Notes: a model not told the origin generated them from the letters alone. DNA of 59,343 bases from Bacteroidia bacterium (GCA_041565275.1 JBFGVE010000004.1:1-59343); one strand, 5' to 3'. Shown: positions 19,949-30,040, counted from the stretch's first letter. A program made the numbers and translations.

Positions 19949-22383
19949 TCCACAGGTTCCAATGCTTTGGGATGGATGTAATAGCCTTCGATGAGAACCC
20001 GATCCAAACGCTCAATACCAATAGACCTCGCCATTTCACGGGCGTTGCGAACAGTTCGGGGTACATCAGTGACCCGTTCGGAGAAGGGGCGGACATCTCC
20101 TTCCGGAAGTTCTGCCAGTTTCAATCCTTTGGTAACCATGAGCACATTGAGCCTAGCGACATTGCCGTCTTTAGAATTCATACTGTAGCGGAAGTAATCA
20201 AAGGCATGGATCGCCATTTCGAAGGCCTGAGACCACCAAGTGCGAAGTTGCTCCAAGGTTGGAGGATCATCGTACTGACTCAATTTATCAAAAAGGTCAC
20301 CATAGAGATCTACATAGGCTTTGCAGAATTCATTTTCACCGACTTGTGAGTTGAAAGCAAGTATGAGGCGATTGACACGTGCAAGGACATTTGCCGACAA
20401 TTGATGCTTTGCAAATCGCACATCGTCCCGGAATAGACCTATGCGTCCTTCCAGACGTGCTTTTATCTCTTTGAAATCCTCATTACCCTCGATATCCCGT
20501 CCGATTCCATCTAAGAGGAAACCATTCATAAGATTTTCGATGGCCTTGGGATAATCGGCTACTGAATCTTTACCTAATTCGAGGCGGGCTAGCTTTTCCA
20601 TGCAGTTCAATGCACGGATCAACTCGGCAAATTGTCCTGCGGTTTTACCGCGGTCATCGGTACGTAATGCTTCTGGTGCAAGTTGGTCAATTGCAATGTC
20701 CTGAACAAATTGATCAATGATCTCTGAACGGTCCATCAGTTTCTTAACGGTTTCGGTGTGACCTCCACCGAAGGATAGAGCAAGAGTGTTGAGAGCGGAC
20801 CGGACTTTGTCGTCTTCAAACCCTTCCTTGACCCTTTTGAGGGTACGGTACCCTCTGAGTATAGTTTTCAGATTGGAGTTCATTTCTCCTCCCATTTTGA
20901 ATTCAGCATCCCAGAAAGATACAGCAACCAACAATTTTTCTTCAGCGGTTTCCTGGTTGGCCAGCCGCACCATTAACTTCTCTCTGTTGGGGATTTCTTT
21001 GATATAGACTTCTTTGATTACCTCCCGTATAACTTCGCGGACCTCAGGTTCTTTCCTGCCGTGCTGAGATGAGTTTTTCTCATCATTATTTTGTTTTGTT
21101 GGTTCAACTGAAGGATTTTCTGCTGCTTCTTCTCTGGGCTTTTCCCCAGGTTTTTCTTTGGGACTATCAGTTTCAGCACTGTCTTTTGCTCCGACAGAAG
21201 GTTTTTTTCTTGCTCCCTGATTGGCCATGGAGATCTTGATCTTGCCGGATCTGCTTCTATTGTTATCAGGGTGCTGAGATTCTCCTGAAGTTTTTTCTCC
21301 TTGAAGAGATTCTTCAGGTGTGTGGGTATTTAAGCCATCGTCTGACTTAAGAGCTTTGTCAATGAGTAATCTGGTCTGGGTTAGTACGCTAGCTACCTTT
21401 TCAGATTCATCAAAATGAGTTGCCAGCACTTTGAGCAGGTCTTTAGGTTCAAGAGGTTGGTTCAAGTCATTTGAGAGAGAGACGAAACGTGGATCTTCTT
21501 CCAGAATTACTGCTTCTCCGGGCAAGAGGTCAGTTTTTCTCTTTTGGCCTGATCGCTTTCCGAGAAAAAGAGCAATCACAAAGGCTAGAAGAAAGGCACC
21601 GCCTGAAATGGTTAATACCATCCAGAGAGGGAATTTTCCTGCCCCGGCAATTCTACCCAGGACGGTCGGGTCATACACTGCAGCCAAAAGACCGGTTTTC
21701 TTTTCCCAGTTCAGAATCATGCTTTGGTCAATGCTTCTTAGGTTCCCCTGATCTAACAACAGGGTCTGATCGGGTTCAGTTTGAGAAGCACGCCTCACCA
21801 ATATAGAGGATATCACCCATTGGATGTTGGGGAGGTTGGCCCAATCCTTAATATAACTGCCCATTTCCAGGGGAATCCCCATTTCTTTCTCAATAACCGC
21901 AAGGTCCCATGCGCCCTCCGGGGTAGAGCCTCTTTTAGCCAATCTAGGAAATTGCTGGTTGACAAGAGCGCTAAAATCATTGTTCTCTAATATCCTGAAA
22001 TAGGAGATGGCACTGTCCCTGGAAAAAGGGTGAATCGCAGCTCGGTAACTAAAAGTTTGGTTTCCGATATAAATTATTCCTCCAGCCCCTGTTCCTGTCA
22101 GCCGGACGGCTCCAGGTTCGGAAAAGTAGAAGATCCGACCTTTGTAGTTGCCACCTGGCTGTACATATCCCGGAAAATCAATGTATTGAATGGTTTCGGG
22201 ACCCAATGCTTCCTGCCAAGCTTTTTGCAATTCGCTTTCGGTCATCTCCAAGTAGATATTGTCGCCATCTTCAGGTGTTGCATGGACATGGTTGAACGAT
22301 GGGAAGAAAGTAGCAACCAAAACAATGGTCACGAGGCAAGGGTAAATTTTTTTCATGTCTTGGATCATCTTCTGCCAAATCAA
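19945..22383 (-). CDS. Large hypothetical single-pass membrane protein
   Basis: 812-aa ORF with a signal peptide (probable start MKKIYP), a TM around aa 255-275, a charged low-complexity linker and a helical C-terminus. No family recognised. Confidence 0.7.
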   Translation of the reverse strand: MIWQKMIQDMKKIYPCLVTIVLVATFFPSFNHVHATPEDGDNIYLEMTESELQKAWQEALGPETIQYIDFPGYVQPGGNYKGRIFYFSEPGAVRLTGTGAGGIIYIGNQTFSYRAAIHPFSRDSAISYFRILENNDFSALVNQQFPRLAKRGSTPEGAWDLAVIEKEMGIPLEMGSYIKDWANLPNIQWVISSILVRRASQTEPDQTLLLDQGNLRSIDQSMILNWEKKTGLLAAVYDPTVLGRIAGAGKFPLWMVLTISGGAFLLAFVIALFLGKRSGQKRKTDLLPGEAVILEEDPRFVSLSNDLNQPLEPKDLLKVLATHFDESEKVASVLTQTRLLIDKALKSDDGLNTHTPEESLQGEKTSGESQHPDNNRSRSGKIKISMANQGARKKPSVGAKDSAETDSPKEKPGEKPREEAAENPSVEPTKQNNDEKNSSQHGRKEPEVREVIREVIKEVYIKEIPNREKLMVRLANQETAEEKLLVAVSFWDAEFKMGGEMNSNLKTILRGYRTLKRVKEGFEDDKVRSALNTLALSFGGGHTETVKKLMDRSEIIDQFVQDIAIDQLAPEALRTDDRGKTAGQFAELIRALNCMEKLARLELGKDSVADYPKAIENLMNGFLLDGIGRDIEGNEDFKEIKARLEGRIGLFRDDVRFAKHQLSANVLARVNRLILAFNSQVGENEFCKAYVDLYGDLFDKLSQYDDPPTLEQLRTWWSQAFEMAIHAFDYFRYSMNSKDGNVARLNVLMVTKGLKLAELPEGDVRPFSERVTDVPRTVRNAREMARSIGIERLDRVLIEGYYIHPKALEPVE

Positions 22384-22657
22384 TCAGGTACTGATATGTT
22401 TACTTTTTACAACGAACTCTGCTTTGTTCCCTCTCTTTGGAATTTTTATTTTCGGAACCTGAGGGCAAATTTCTTGAAACATAAGGAAAAAGCAACTGTC
22501 ATGCTAATGCATTTGAAAAGGGACATTGAGCTGGAATTGCAATGGGTTACGTTTATTGATAATAAATACGATAATAAGATCGGAATTTTTATTGTTTCTT
22601 GCCGGAATATTTAATGGTCTGTCCAGAAGATGCTCTTTTTCCTAACTTGGTGACGAA

Positions 22658-23572
22658 ATGTATTACTTGGTAAAATCCATCTTTTACCTCTGGAGTTTAG
22701 TCCCACTTCCAGTACTATACCTCCAAAGCAATTTTTTTGCTTGGATATTGTACCGGGTGATCGGGTACAGACGGAAGATAGTTCGCAGCAATCTTCAAAG
22801 TGCATTTCCCAATCAATCTGAGCAGTGGATAGCCCAAACCGAGAGTATTTTTTATCGTCATTTTTGCGATGTGGTTGTCGAGACCGTTAAACTGATGTCT
22901 ATTTCATCCAAGAACCTCAAAAAGCGGATGCGGATTTTGAATCCTGAAGTAATTTCTGAAATGACCGTGCATGGAGGAGGAGGAGTTGCAGTATTCGGAC
23001 ATTATTGTAATTGGGAATGGTTGGGTTCAGGTATGGGGGTTCAGCTTCCTTTCTCAACGGTTGGCGTCTATAAGCCATTAAACAACAAACTTTTCGACCG
23101 ATTGGTTTTGCACATCAGGTGTCGTTTTGGAAATGAGATGATTCCCATGAAAGATGCATTTCGCGAAAGCCTTAAACGGCTTCGGGCACCATCTTACATT
23201 GCATTTCTGAGTGACCAAACTCCTTCTCGTCACGGCAAGATGTATTTCTCAAGTTTTTTGGGCCGCCCCACTCCGGTCCATTTGGGGACGGCTACAGTGG
23301 CCCTGAAGATGAATGTTCCTATGTTTTATTTTGACATTCGCCAGGAAAGCAGAGGGATGTATACAGTTGAGCTTGTGCAAATCCCACATAAAGACCTGTT
23401 GCCATACACCAGAGAAAGTGCCCATGTTTTGACAGATCGACATGTCGCTTATTTGGAGCAGGTGATCCAAAGATATCCTGGCAAGTGGCTATGGTCACAT
23501 CGTAGGTGGAAACACAAGCCGCAGGAAGGTGATACTTTGTCTATGAATCTCAGAGGTGACTCTGAGCAATAG
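22658..23572 (+). CDS. Lipid A late acyltransferase (LpxL/HtrB family)
   Basis: GHYCNWE, SDQTP and WLWSHRRWK motifs. Confidence 0.92.
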   Translation: MYYLVKSIFYLWSLVPLPVLYLQSNFFAWILYRVIGYRRKIVRSNLQSAFPNQSEQWIAQTESIFYRHFCDVVVETVKLMSISSKNLKKRMRILNPEVISEMTVHGGGGVAVFGHYCNWEWLGSGMGVQLPFSTVGVYKPLNNKLFDRLVLHIRCRFGNEMIPMKDAFRESLKRLRAPSYIAFLSDQTPSRHGKMYFSSFLGRPTPVHLGTATVALKMNVPMFYFDIRQESRGMYTVELVQIPHKDLLPYTRESAHVLTDRHVAYLEQVIQRYPGKWLWSHRRWKHKPQEGDTLSMNLRGDSEQ

Positions 23573-23580
23573 AATGCTTC

Positions 23581-23645
23581 ATTGTAGGGCAATCACCTGT
23601 GTCTCAATTGTGGGGCAATCACCTGTGTCTCAATTGTGGGACAAT
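23581..23645. repeat. 26-nt tandem repeat, about 2.5 copies, intergenic
   Basis: ATTGT(A/G)GGGCAATCACCTGTGTCTCA twice, followed by ATTGTGGGACAAT. Confidence 0.85.
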
Positions 23646-23766
23646 TTATCACAGATACCCGATAAGACCGGTCGTGACTGGTACGCGATGGGAATTTATA
23701 TAGCAAATAAACTATCTTAGCAATCTTTCGTATTGACTTTAAGATTAACAATTGAAATAAACAATT

Positions 23767-24102
23767 ATGTTTAATCCGATGGAAATGATGAGCAAGCTCA
23801 AGGAAATGCAAACCGAAATGGAAAAAGCAAGGGGTCGCTTGAGTGAAATCACGGTTGTTGGGGAGTCCGGTGGCGGAATGGTAAAGGTTACCGTGAATGC
23901 CAATCGCAAGGTGCTCAGAATCGATGTTGATCCTGAGCTAGTGAACAAAGATGACAAGGAAATGATGGAAGATTTGATTGCAGCTGCAGTCAATGTGGCT
24001 CTTGAGAAAGCAGAAGAAACAGCCAGGGAGGAAATCAGCCGCGTTTCGTCGGGGATCATGCCTAATATTCCTGGTTTTGACCTGAGCAACCTCGGCAAGT
24101 AG
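23767..24102 (+). CDS. ybaB: YbaB/EbfC nucleoid-associated protein
   Basis: GESGGGMVKVT and EDLIAAAVNVA motifs; 111 aa. Confidence 0.93.
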   Translation: MFNPMEMMSKLKEMQTEMEKARGRLSEITVVGESGGGMVKVTVNANRKVLRIDVDPELVNKDDKEMMEDLIAAAVNVALEKAEETAREEISRVSSGIMPNIPGFDLSNLGK

Positions 24103-24107
24103 ATTGA

Positions 24108-25166
24108 ATGGCCACTCCCGTAACTATTGTCATTCTCAATTGGAACGGAAGACATTTGCTAGAACAGTTTTTACCATCTGTGATGGCTACGGATTATGAG
24201 GATTTCGAAGTCCTGATCGTTGACAATGGTTCTACTGATGATTCCCTCGTTTGGTTGAGTGAGTATTATCCTCAGGCCCGGCAACTCATTCTAGAAAAGA
24301 ATTATGGATTCACGACAGGCAATAACTTAGCGCTTCCAGAAGTTCACACACCTTACTTTGTTCTGTTAAACAATGATGTAGAGGTAGAATCCGGATGGCT
24401 TCACCCCTTGGTTGAGATGATGGACCAAGATACTAAGATTGCCTCAGTTCAACCTAAATTACTTTCTTTTCAGGATAAAGGGCAATTTGAGTATGCTGGT
24501 GCAGCAGGTGGCTTTATTGATGTGCTGGGATACCCCTTCAGCAGAGGGAGGCTTTTCGAAGTGACAGAAAAAGATGAGGGGCAATTCGAGGAGCCTTGCG
24601 AAATTTTTTGGAGTACTGGAGCATGTATGCTGGTTCGTAAGTCGGTTGTAGACAAGATTGGGCTATTCGAAGAAAGGTATTTTGCCCATATGGAAGAGAT
24701 CGATTTTTGCTGGCGAGCCAAAAATTTTGGATATAAGATAATGTATGTCCCTTGGGGAGTTGTCTATCATCTCGGGGGAGGAACACTGCCCCGGACCAAT
24801 CCCCGTAAAACCTTCCTTAACGTCCGAAACAGTTTGGCGACATTGCTGAAAAACCTTCCCGCTTCCCAGCTTTGGTACAAATTTATCTTTCGCTTGGTTT
24901 TGGATGGGGTTTGGGGTGTGCGTGCTATGTTAAAGGGAGAAGTTAAGATATTATGGGCAATCTTTCGGGCGCATTTTGCCATTTATGGGTCCTTTAGCTT
25001 TTGGCTTAGAAGAAGAAGGAAGATCTACAAGGAATTGGAAAAACTTCCACGGCACGGTCCCGGATACTACTCCAAGAGCATTATTTGGGAGCATTTTGTC
25101 CGGCGGAAAAAGCGTTTCTTTGACCTGAATGGGATAGAAAGTCCAGAGAGTACGAAAGGGAATTAA
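24108..25166 (+). CDS. Glycosyltransferase family 2
   Basis: IVILNWNG, VDNGSTD, LLNND, FAHMEEIDFCWR and VYHLGG motifs. Confidence 0.93.
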   Translation: MATPVTIVILNWNGRHLLEQFLPSVMATDYEDFEVLIVDNGSTDDSLVWLSEYYPQARQLILEKNYGFTTGNNLALPEVHTPYFVLLNNDVEVESGWLHPLVEMMDQDTKIASVQPKLLSFQDKGQFEYAGAAGGFIDVLGYPFSRGRLFEVTEKDEGQFEEPCEIFWSTGACMLVRKSVVDKIGLFEERYFAHMEEIDFCWRAKNFGYKIMYVPWGVVYHLGGGTLPRTNPRKTFLNVRNSLATLLKNLPASQLWYKFIFRLVLDGVWGVRAMLKGEVKILWAIFRAHFAIYGSFSFWLRRRRKIYKELEKLPRHGPGYYSKSIIWEHFVRRKKRFFDLNGIESPESTKGN

Positions 25167-25321
25167 TTAAATTGAGTCTTTTATTGTATATTTGGAGGAG
25201 CTGGTTAAATCCATAACGGAACAAAATTTTCCTCTCGGGTTCTAGCTGATTTATTTGAATTCTGCGGTATGAATCAGCTTATATTTGAAGTATTAACCAT
25301 TTTTATTATTTCTTATCAGTC

Positions 25322-26209
25322 ATGAATATTTTTGTCGCGAAGCTTGACCCTATTACCAGAGACAGTGACCTTATCGAACTATTTAGTCAATATGGCGATG
25401 TAGTTTCTTCAAAAGTTATAATGGACCGGGAAACCGGAAATTCTAAGTGTTACGGTTTCATCGAAATGAAAGATGAAGATGAGGGCTATAATGCAATCAA
25501 TGAACTAAACCGTACAGACTTCCAGGGCAGTGAGATTCACGTCAAAAAAGCAAGTCCACGTGAAGAATACAACAGCTCTAAGCCAAGTGGTGACCGTGTT
25601 GGTTATGGCGGTGGCGGTCGTAGTGGTGGTTATGGTGGCGGACGTAGAGGTGGGTATAATGGCGGTAGTAACAACCGTAGTGGTGGTGGCGATTATAACC
25701 GAGGAGGTAGCGGTGGTTACAACCGAGGAGGTAGCGGCGATTATAACCGAGGAGGTAGCGGTGGTTACAACCGGGGAGGTAGTGGTGGTTACAACCGGGG
25801 AGGTAGCAGTGGTTACAACCGAGGAGGTAGCGGTGGTTACAACCGAGGAGGTAGTAGTGGATACAACCGGGGAGGTAGTAGTGGATACAACCGAGGAGGT
25901 AGTAGTGGATACAACCGAGGTGGAGGTGACCGTAACTACAATGACCCGCAAGACACAGAGTTGCGTCCAGGTGAGATCGGATACGGCAGCATCAGCGGTC
26001 AGTATCGCCGCCATTCTGATGAAAATAACCGAAGCAGATACGAAAATGACCGTCACAGACCTAATAGGGACCCTTCAGGTCATCATCGTTCATTTTCTAA
26101 GGAAAGAACTAGGAAAATTGGAAACTTCGTAGACAGAAATGAGCTGGTTGATAGTTTCCGGATTTCTAGTAAAGTGTCCGAAAATTATAACGAAGGTGAT
26201 GATAAATAG
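25322..26209 (+). CDS. RRM RNA-binding protein with long Gly/Arg/Tyr-rich tail
   Basis: RNP2 (NIFV) and RNP1 (KCYGFIEM), DRETGNSK, then YNRGG repeats. TATATTTG boxes lie at 25187 and 25280. Confidence 0.92.
   Translation: MNIFVAKLDPITRDSDLIELFSQYGDVVSSKVIMDRETGNSKCYGFIEMKDEDEGYNAINELNRTDFQGSEIHVKKASPREEYNSSKPSGDRVGYGGGGRSGGYGGGRRGGYNGGSNNRSGGGDYNRGGSGGYNRGGSGDYNRGGSGGYNRGGSGGYNRGGSSGYNRGGSGGYNRGGSSGYNRGGSSGYNRGGSSGYNRGGGDRNYNDPQDTELRPGEIGYGSISGQYRRHSDENNRSRYENDRHRPNRDPSGHHRSFSKERTRKIGNFVDRNELVDSFRISSKVSENYNEGDDK
25688..25927 (+). repeat. Coding tandem repeat of 10 x 24 nt ([GS][GD]YNRGG[SG])
   Basis: Ten consecutive 8-aa units counted in the DNA, varying at synonymous positions. Confidence 0.95.
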
Positions 26210-26292
26210 AATCCTGAATATCTCTATTGGGCTACTTAATGTACAGCGTAGATCAAATCAAAGGATATATCCTACAACTAACTTGTCAGTGG

Positions 26293-26790
26293 TTAGATGC
26301 TTTTATCGAGAAAGAACATGGCGATGAACGGCAAAAGTAATCCTGCGCAACTCACCCAGTAACCCGGACCCGTTAACAGGTAGAAGTTGGTTTGGATTCC
26401 AGTGTCTGTTCCGAAAAAGTTAACCATGACCCAGGCTGCGATGTTAAAGAGCAATAGGAAGGTAAAAGGGCCACCCGCGTATCGGCCTCTTAAGAGCATC
26501 ACCAAACCAATCAAAGGGAATGCGAAATAGGCCACGATGAGTAGGAAGTTGACAATGGATCCGAAAGCTGATTTAGCAGCGAAAAGACCTGTTATTGTAT
26601 CTCTGAACCCATTTTCAGTTATACTGTTACCAATGTCATTAACAAGGTTAAGGCCACTCAAGTTATTTAGATAGGGTAGGAAAAAACCGCCTATAGCAAT
26701 TAATCCACAGATTCGAACCACTAGCTTAAAAGCTGTTCCCGTTTCTTTTGGATACTCTGATCGAGGTGATATTTTAAATATTCCTGCCAT
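26293..26790 (-). CDS. Hypothetical membrane protein (about 4 TM)
   Basis: FFLPY, several hydrophobic helices and GPGYW. Confidence 0.7.
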   Translation of the reverse strand: MAGIFKISPRSEYPKETGTAFKLVVRICGLIAIGGFFLPYLNNLSGLNLVNDIGNSITENGFRDTITGLFAAKSAFGSIVNFLLIVAYFAFPLIGLVMLLRGRYAGGPFTFLLLFNIAAWVMVNFFGTDTGIQTNFYLLTGPGYWVSCAGLLLPFIAMFFLDKSI

Positions 26791-27135
26791 AGCGCGAACT
26801 TACGTTTTTCGGAGATACCCTTTGTCACTTGGAAACTGATTTGCCTGATTTTACACCAACGAGTAATTCGAATCTGATCAGATTATTCTTCTATTGTGGA
26901 AGACTTCTTTTTATTGCTCACCTCGCAATCTATAGTGAAAAACACGATAGCTCTTACGCCTGATAATTTGGTTGAGATAGAGCCAACCCAATCACTGGCC
27001 TAAGAGATACAGCCTATTCATTGACACAAACATAGGCGCATTGACTCTCAATTATGATGGGGTCGGATATGTCCTCAAGCGGCATTGCTATGGGCCACCA
27101 TTGTGATTTAACCAGTTCTCTGAGAAAATTTTAAC

Positions 27136-27501
27136 TCAATTGTCCTGAACTCTTTGGATAACCTTGCGCTGAGCTGTGGCACTAGCTGCCTCATGAGAAA
27201 AATCTTCATCATCCTCCTCAACTCTTTGGATAAGCTCTTGTTGGGTAGAATAGGCATCCGCCATAACCTGTAATTGGAGAGCCTGCTTAACCTGAGGGCT
27301 ACTGTTAGCTGTTTCTTGTAAAGCTCTTAGTTGAGCAACCTGGGGACTGTTATTGGCTACTTCTTGCAGTTTTAGCTGGGCAACTGACTCAGGCCTATTG
27401 TTAACAAACTGAAATGTAGACTCGCCACCGCTGTGAATATTACCGTTGTCAAGCGATTGGCTTTTACTTTTTTCTTGTTCTCTGTCAGTATGAGTATTCA
27501 T
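27136..27501 (-). pseudogene. Truncated protein consisting only of the N-terminal leader typical of eCIS-associated/DUF4157-type proteins
   Basis: MNTHTD...KSQS...GGESTFQFVNNRPESVAQLKLQEVANNSPQVAQLRALQ with LIQR/AQRK/VIQR motifs; it stops 4 codons after VIQR. Confidence 0.6.
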
Positions 27502-27714
27502 TTTTTTGATTTTGAGGGATTCAGATGTGCTGTTTAATGAATAAATTGATCAATATCCAAAGTAGTTATTTTCAGGATCAAAGACAATAGCTCATCGCAA
27601 ATATTCTTGAAAAGCGGTATTTGTCTCCAAAAGATCCATGATAAAGAGAAGACTAGAAACAGCTATTTCCATTCTCTTTTGTGGTGTCAACTTTCCGAAA
27701 AAGTTTAGCAAGTC

Positions 27715-28161
27715 TCAATCAAGTTCTTTCAGCTCGAACTTGACAGTGACCCTTTCTACTCCGGGATTTCCGTTGTAGATGACCGTAAAATACTTGGTCT
27801 TCTCTCCAATTTCCATGTCTTTGGTATCGATTTCGGCATGGATTGTTCCACTTCTCCCCTTGGGGATGGGAGTTTCAGTCCAGGTCAGATCGGAACACGA
27901 GCAGGAAGGTTTAACATGCTCAACTTCGAGGTCTTCTTCACCAGTACTGTTAAAAAGAATATCAAATACAACAGTATCACCCTTATTAAAGATCCCTAAT
28001 TCGATGGTGCTGTTTTCAAACTCAATTGAAGGCTCACCTTTATTCGTAGAGAGGTTCAAATTCCCATTGCCAAATGTTTGGGCAACAGTAGTTTCGGGAA
28101 TCATCGAGATTAGAATTAGGAAGGTTATCAACCTATACCCAGTCAAATGTTGGTTTAGCAT
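27715..28161 (-). CDS. DUF1573 domain protein
   Basis: G.F..G....F...NSTGEEDL.VEHVKPSCSC...PIPKG Ig-like pattern, plus a signal peptide. Confidence 0.85.
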   Translation of the reverse strand: MLNQHLTGYRLITFLILISMIPETTVAQTFGNGNLNLSTNKGEPSIEFENSTIELGIFNKGDTVVFDILFNSTGEEDLEVEHVKPSCSCSDLTWTETPIPKGRSGTIHAEIDTKDMEIGEKTKYFTVIYNGNPGVERVTVKFELKELD

Positions 28162-28182
28162 GTCTTGTGAAAAGATTGATTG

Positions 28183-28740
28183 TTACTCTGTTGCAGAAGA
28201 CCCATTTAATACTGGCTCACTTTTAGGTTCCTTTTCTTGGGGAGCAGGAGCAACTACATTGCCTCTGAAGGAAACGCGTTCAGTCTCAGGGGTACCGTTG
28301 TAACGAATGGTGAAGTATTTCTTCTGCTGTCCCAATTTACCACGAGAGTTGAATTGAGTTACGATGGTCCCGGATTCACCTGGCTTGACAGGTTCTCTCG
28401 GCCAATCAAGGGCGGTACACCCACAGGTAGGTTTTACATCCTCAAGAATTAGGTCATTTTCACCTTCGTTGGTAAATACAAAGTTATGTTTAACGATATC
28501 ACCTTGCTTGATAGTACCAAAGTTCCACTGGGCTTCCGGGAAGCCAATTTTAGTTTGGGGAACTCGCACCGCGATCTGCTGGGCACCGTCAGCGTCCTCA
28601 GCAGGCTTGGGAGTAGTGGTGGCCGAATTTTGGCCATCCGTTTTGTTTGAAGGAATGACAGTATCAGAAGTTTGGGCAAGAGTGCTTCCTGCGAGTATCA
28701 TGGTGCAAACAAAGCTAACTGTGTAAATAATCTTTTTCAT
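28183..28740 (-). CDS. DUF1573 domain protein (tandem paralog)
   Basis: NFGTIKQGD...FTNEG...VKPTCGCT...PVKPGESG, plus a signal peptide. Confidence 0.9.
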   Translation of the reverse strand: MKKIIYTVSFVCTMILAGSTLAQTSDTVIPSNKTDGQNSATTTPKPAEDADGAQQIAVRVPQTKIGFPEAQWNFGTIKQGDIVKHNFVFTNEGENDLILEDVKPTCGCTALDWPREPVKPGESGTIVTQFNSRGKLGQQKKYFTIRYNGTPETERVSFRGNVVAPAPQEKEPKSEPVLNGSSATE

Positions 28741-29077
28741 TGTGTTAATTGTCTTTGTGTAGTTTCTACTAAAAATACCCTATATAAATGCCGTAAATGA
28801 GCAAAATGTAAACCTACCTACGTTCTGAAATTCAGTCTAGTATATACTTTGACCCAACTGGGCGAACCTCTGCTTAGTAACAGGCCTCTAATTGGTATGA
28901 TAAGCCCGTATCCAAATTTACAAAAAGTTTGGAAACCAGATTTATCTTGGAGGTCACAACTTTAGTGCCAAAATTATTTCATGAGGTTGGGGCTTGCTCT
29001 TCAAATCTTCTGGATTTCTTTTGCTTTTTCATTTCTTTGGGTCAAATTAGACTCTTGGATTCGAGGGTGTATGGGAT

Positions 29078-30040
29078 TTGAATATGCGTTTTGTTGTGTA
29101 TCCCAGATTTAATATGGAAATCATTAACTATCAGATGGCATTCAGACAAACATACAGAGGAATATTTCAATTCAAAGATCAAGCTTCCCTTGAGCGTGCG
29201 ATGGCTGAAATTCAGGCGGAAGCGCTTGATGCAGATGCAATGGGGCTACAGGACAGCTATCACGGCGATGGCGTGATGCTACTCAATATTGATGCCAGAG
29301 CATCAGAGAAGGATTGGGACGAAATGGCGGTTGCCGTTGCAACTTTGGCCATGCATGCATCCAAAGGATTTGTGTATGCTTATGCCGACAGGGCGGACGG
29401 AACCGAGCCTCAAATCGATTATTATGAAGCCAATAGCGGTGATCCTGCACCCGTTCCGGAGAATACCGACACACCACCTCCGCATCAACATGACTACTTC
29501 CCAATGTGTGAGGGGGCACATTTTATTTTTTGTTCCGATATAGACTCAAATAAGATTTTTGATTGGACCAAACATAAGTACAGTACCATTGACAGAGACT
29601 ATTATTATTTCAAGGATGCCGGCCATCACAACGTCCACTTCAATGATTATTGGGATGGAACCTATTATTACGTGAACAATTCCTTGATTGGTACCGTTGC
29701 CGTGGGCTCGGAAGCAGAATTGGATCAGTTATCACTTAGTGATCCATACGCCTCTCAGATCATCTACAATTCAAATGGCAAGCCTGGAGATATTCTCTAT
29801 TCGATCTGGAACCAGTCTGATGTACTGCTGATTCTTACCCAAGAAGGTTTTCAAAATATTTCAGTTCCTTACGGCAATTTGGAAGATTGCATGGTCATCC
29901 GTGTTGAAATGTATAAGATTACTCAGGACAGCTTGGATGTGCACTTCCACAAACAATATTTCTGCAAAGGAATAGGATTGGTAAAGTGGGAATTAAATGA
30001 TGAAGCTCTGGAATTGGTTGATTACAATCACCCCTGGTAG
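29078..30040 (+). CDS. Hypothetical two-domain protein
   Basis: 320-aa ORF whose C-terminal part has DYFP...ISVPYGNLEDC...YFCKGIGLVK. The start may be at 29113 or 29136. Confidence 0.7.
   Translation: MNMRFVVYPRFNMEIINYQMAFRQTYRGIFQFKDQASLERAMAEIQAEALDADAMGLQDSYHGDGVMLLNIDARASEKDWDEMAVAVATLAMHASKGFVYAYADRADGTEPQIDYYEANSGDPAPVPENTDTPPPHQHDYFPMCEGAHFIFCSDIDSNKIFDWTKHKYSTIDRDYYYFKDAGHHNVHFNDYWDGTYYYVNNSLIGTVAVGSEAELDQLSLSDPYASQIIYNSNGKPGDILYSIWNQSDVLLILTQEGFQNISVPYGNLEDCMVIRVEMYKITQDSLDVHFHKQYFCKGIGLVKWELNDEALELVDYNHPW

Noticed and set aside
25505-26132. Val/Thr-rich ORFs overlapping the RRM gene
   Set aside because: Shadow frames of the 24-nt Gly-rich repeat.
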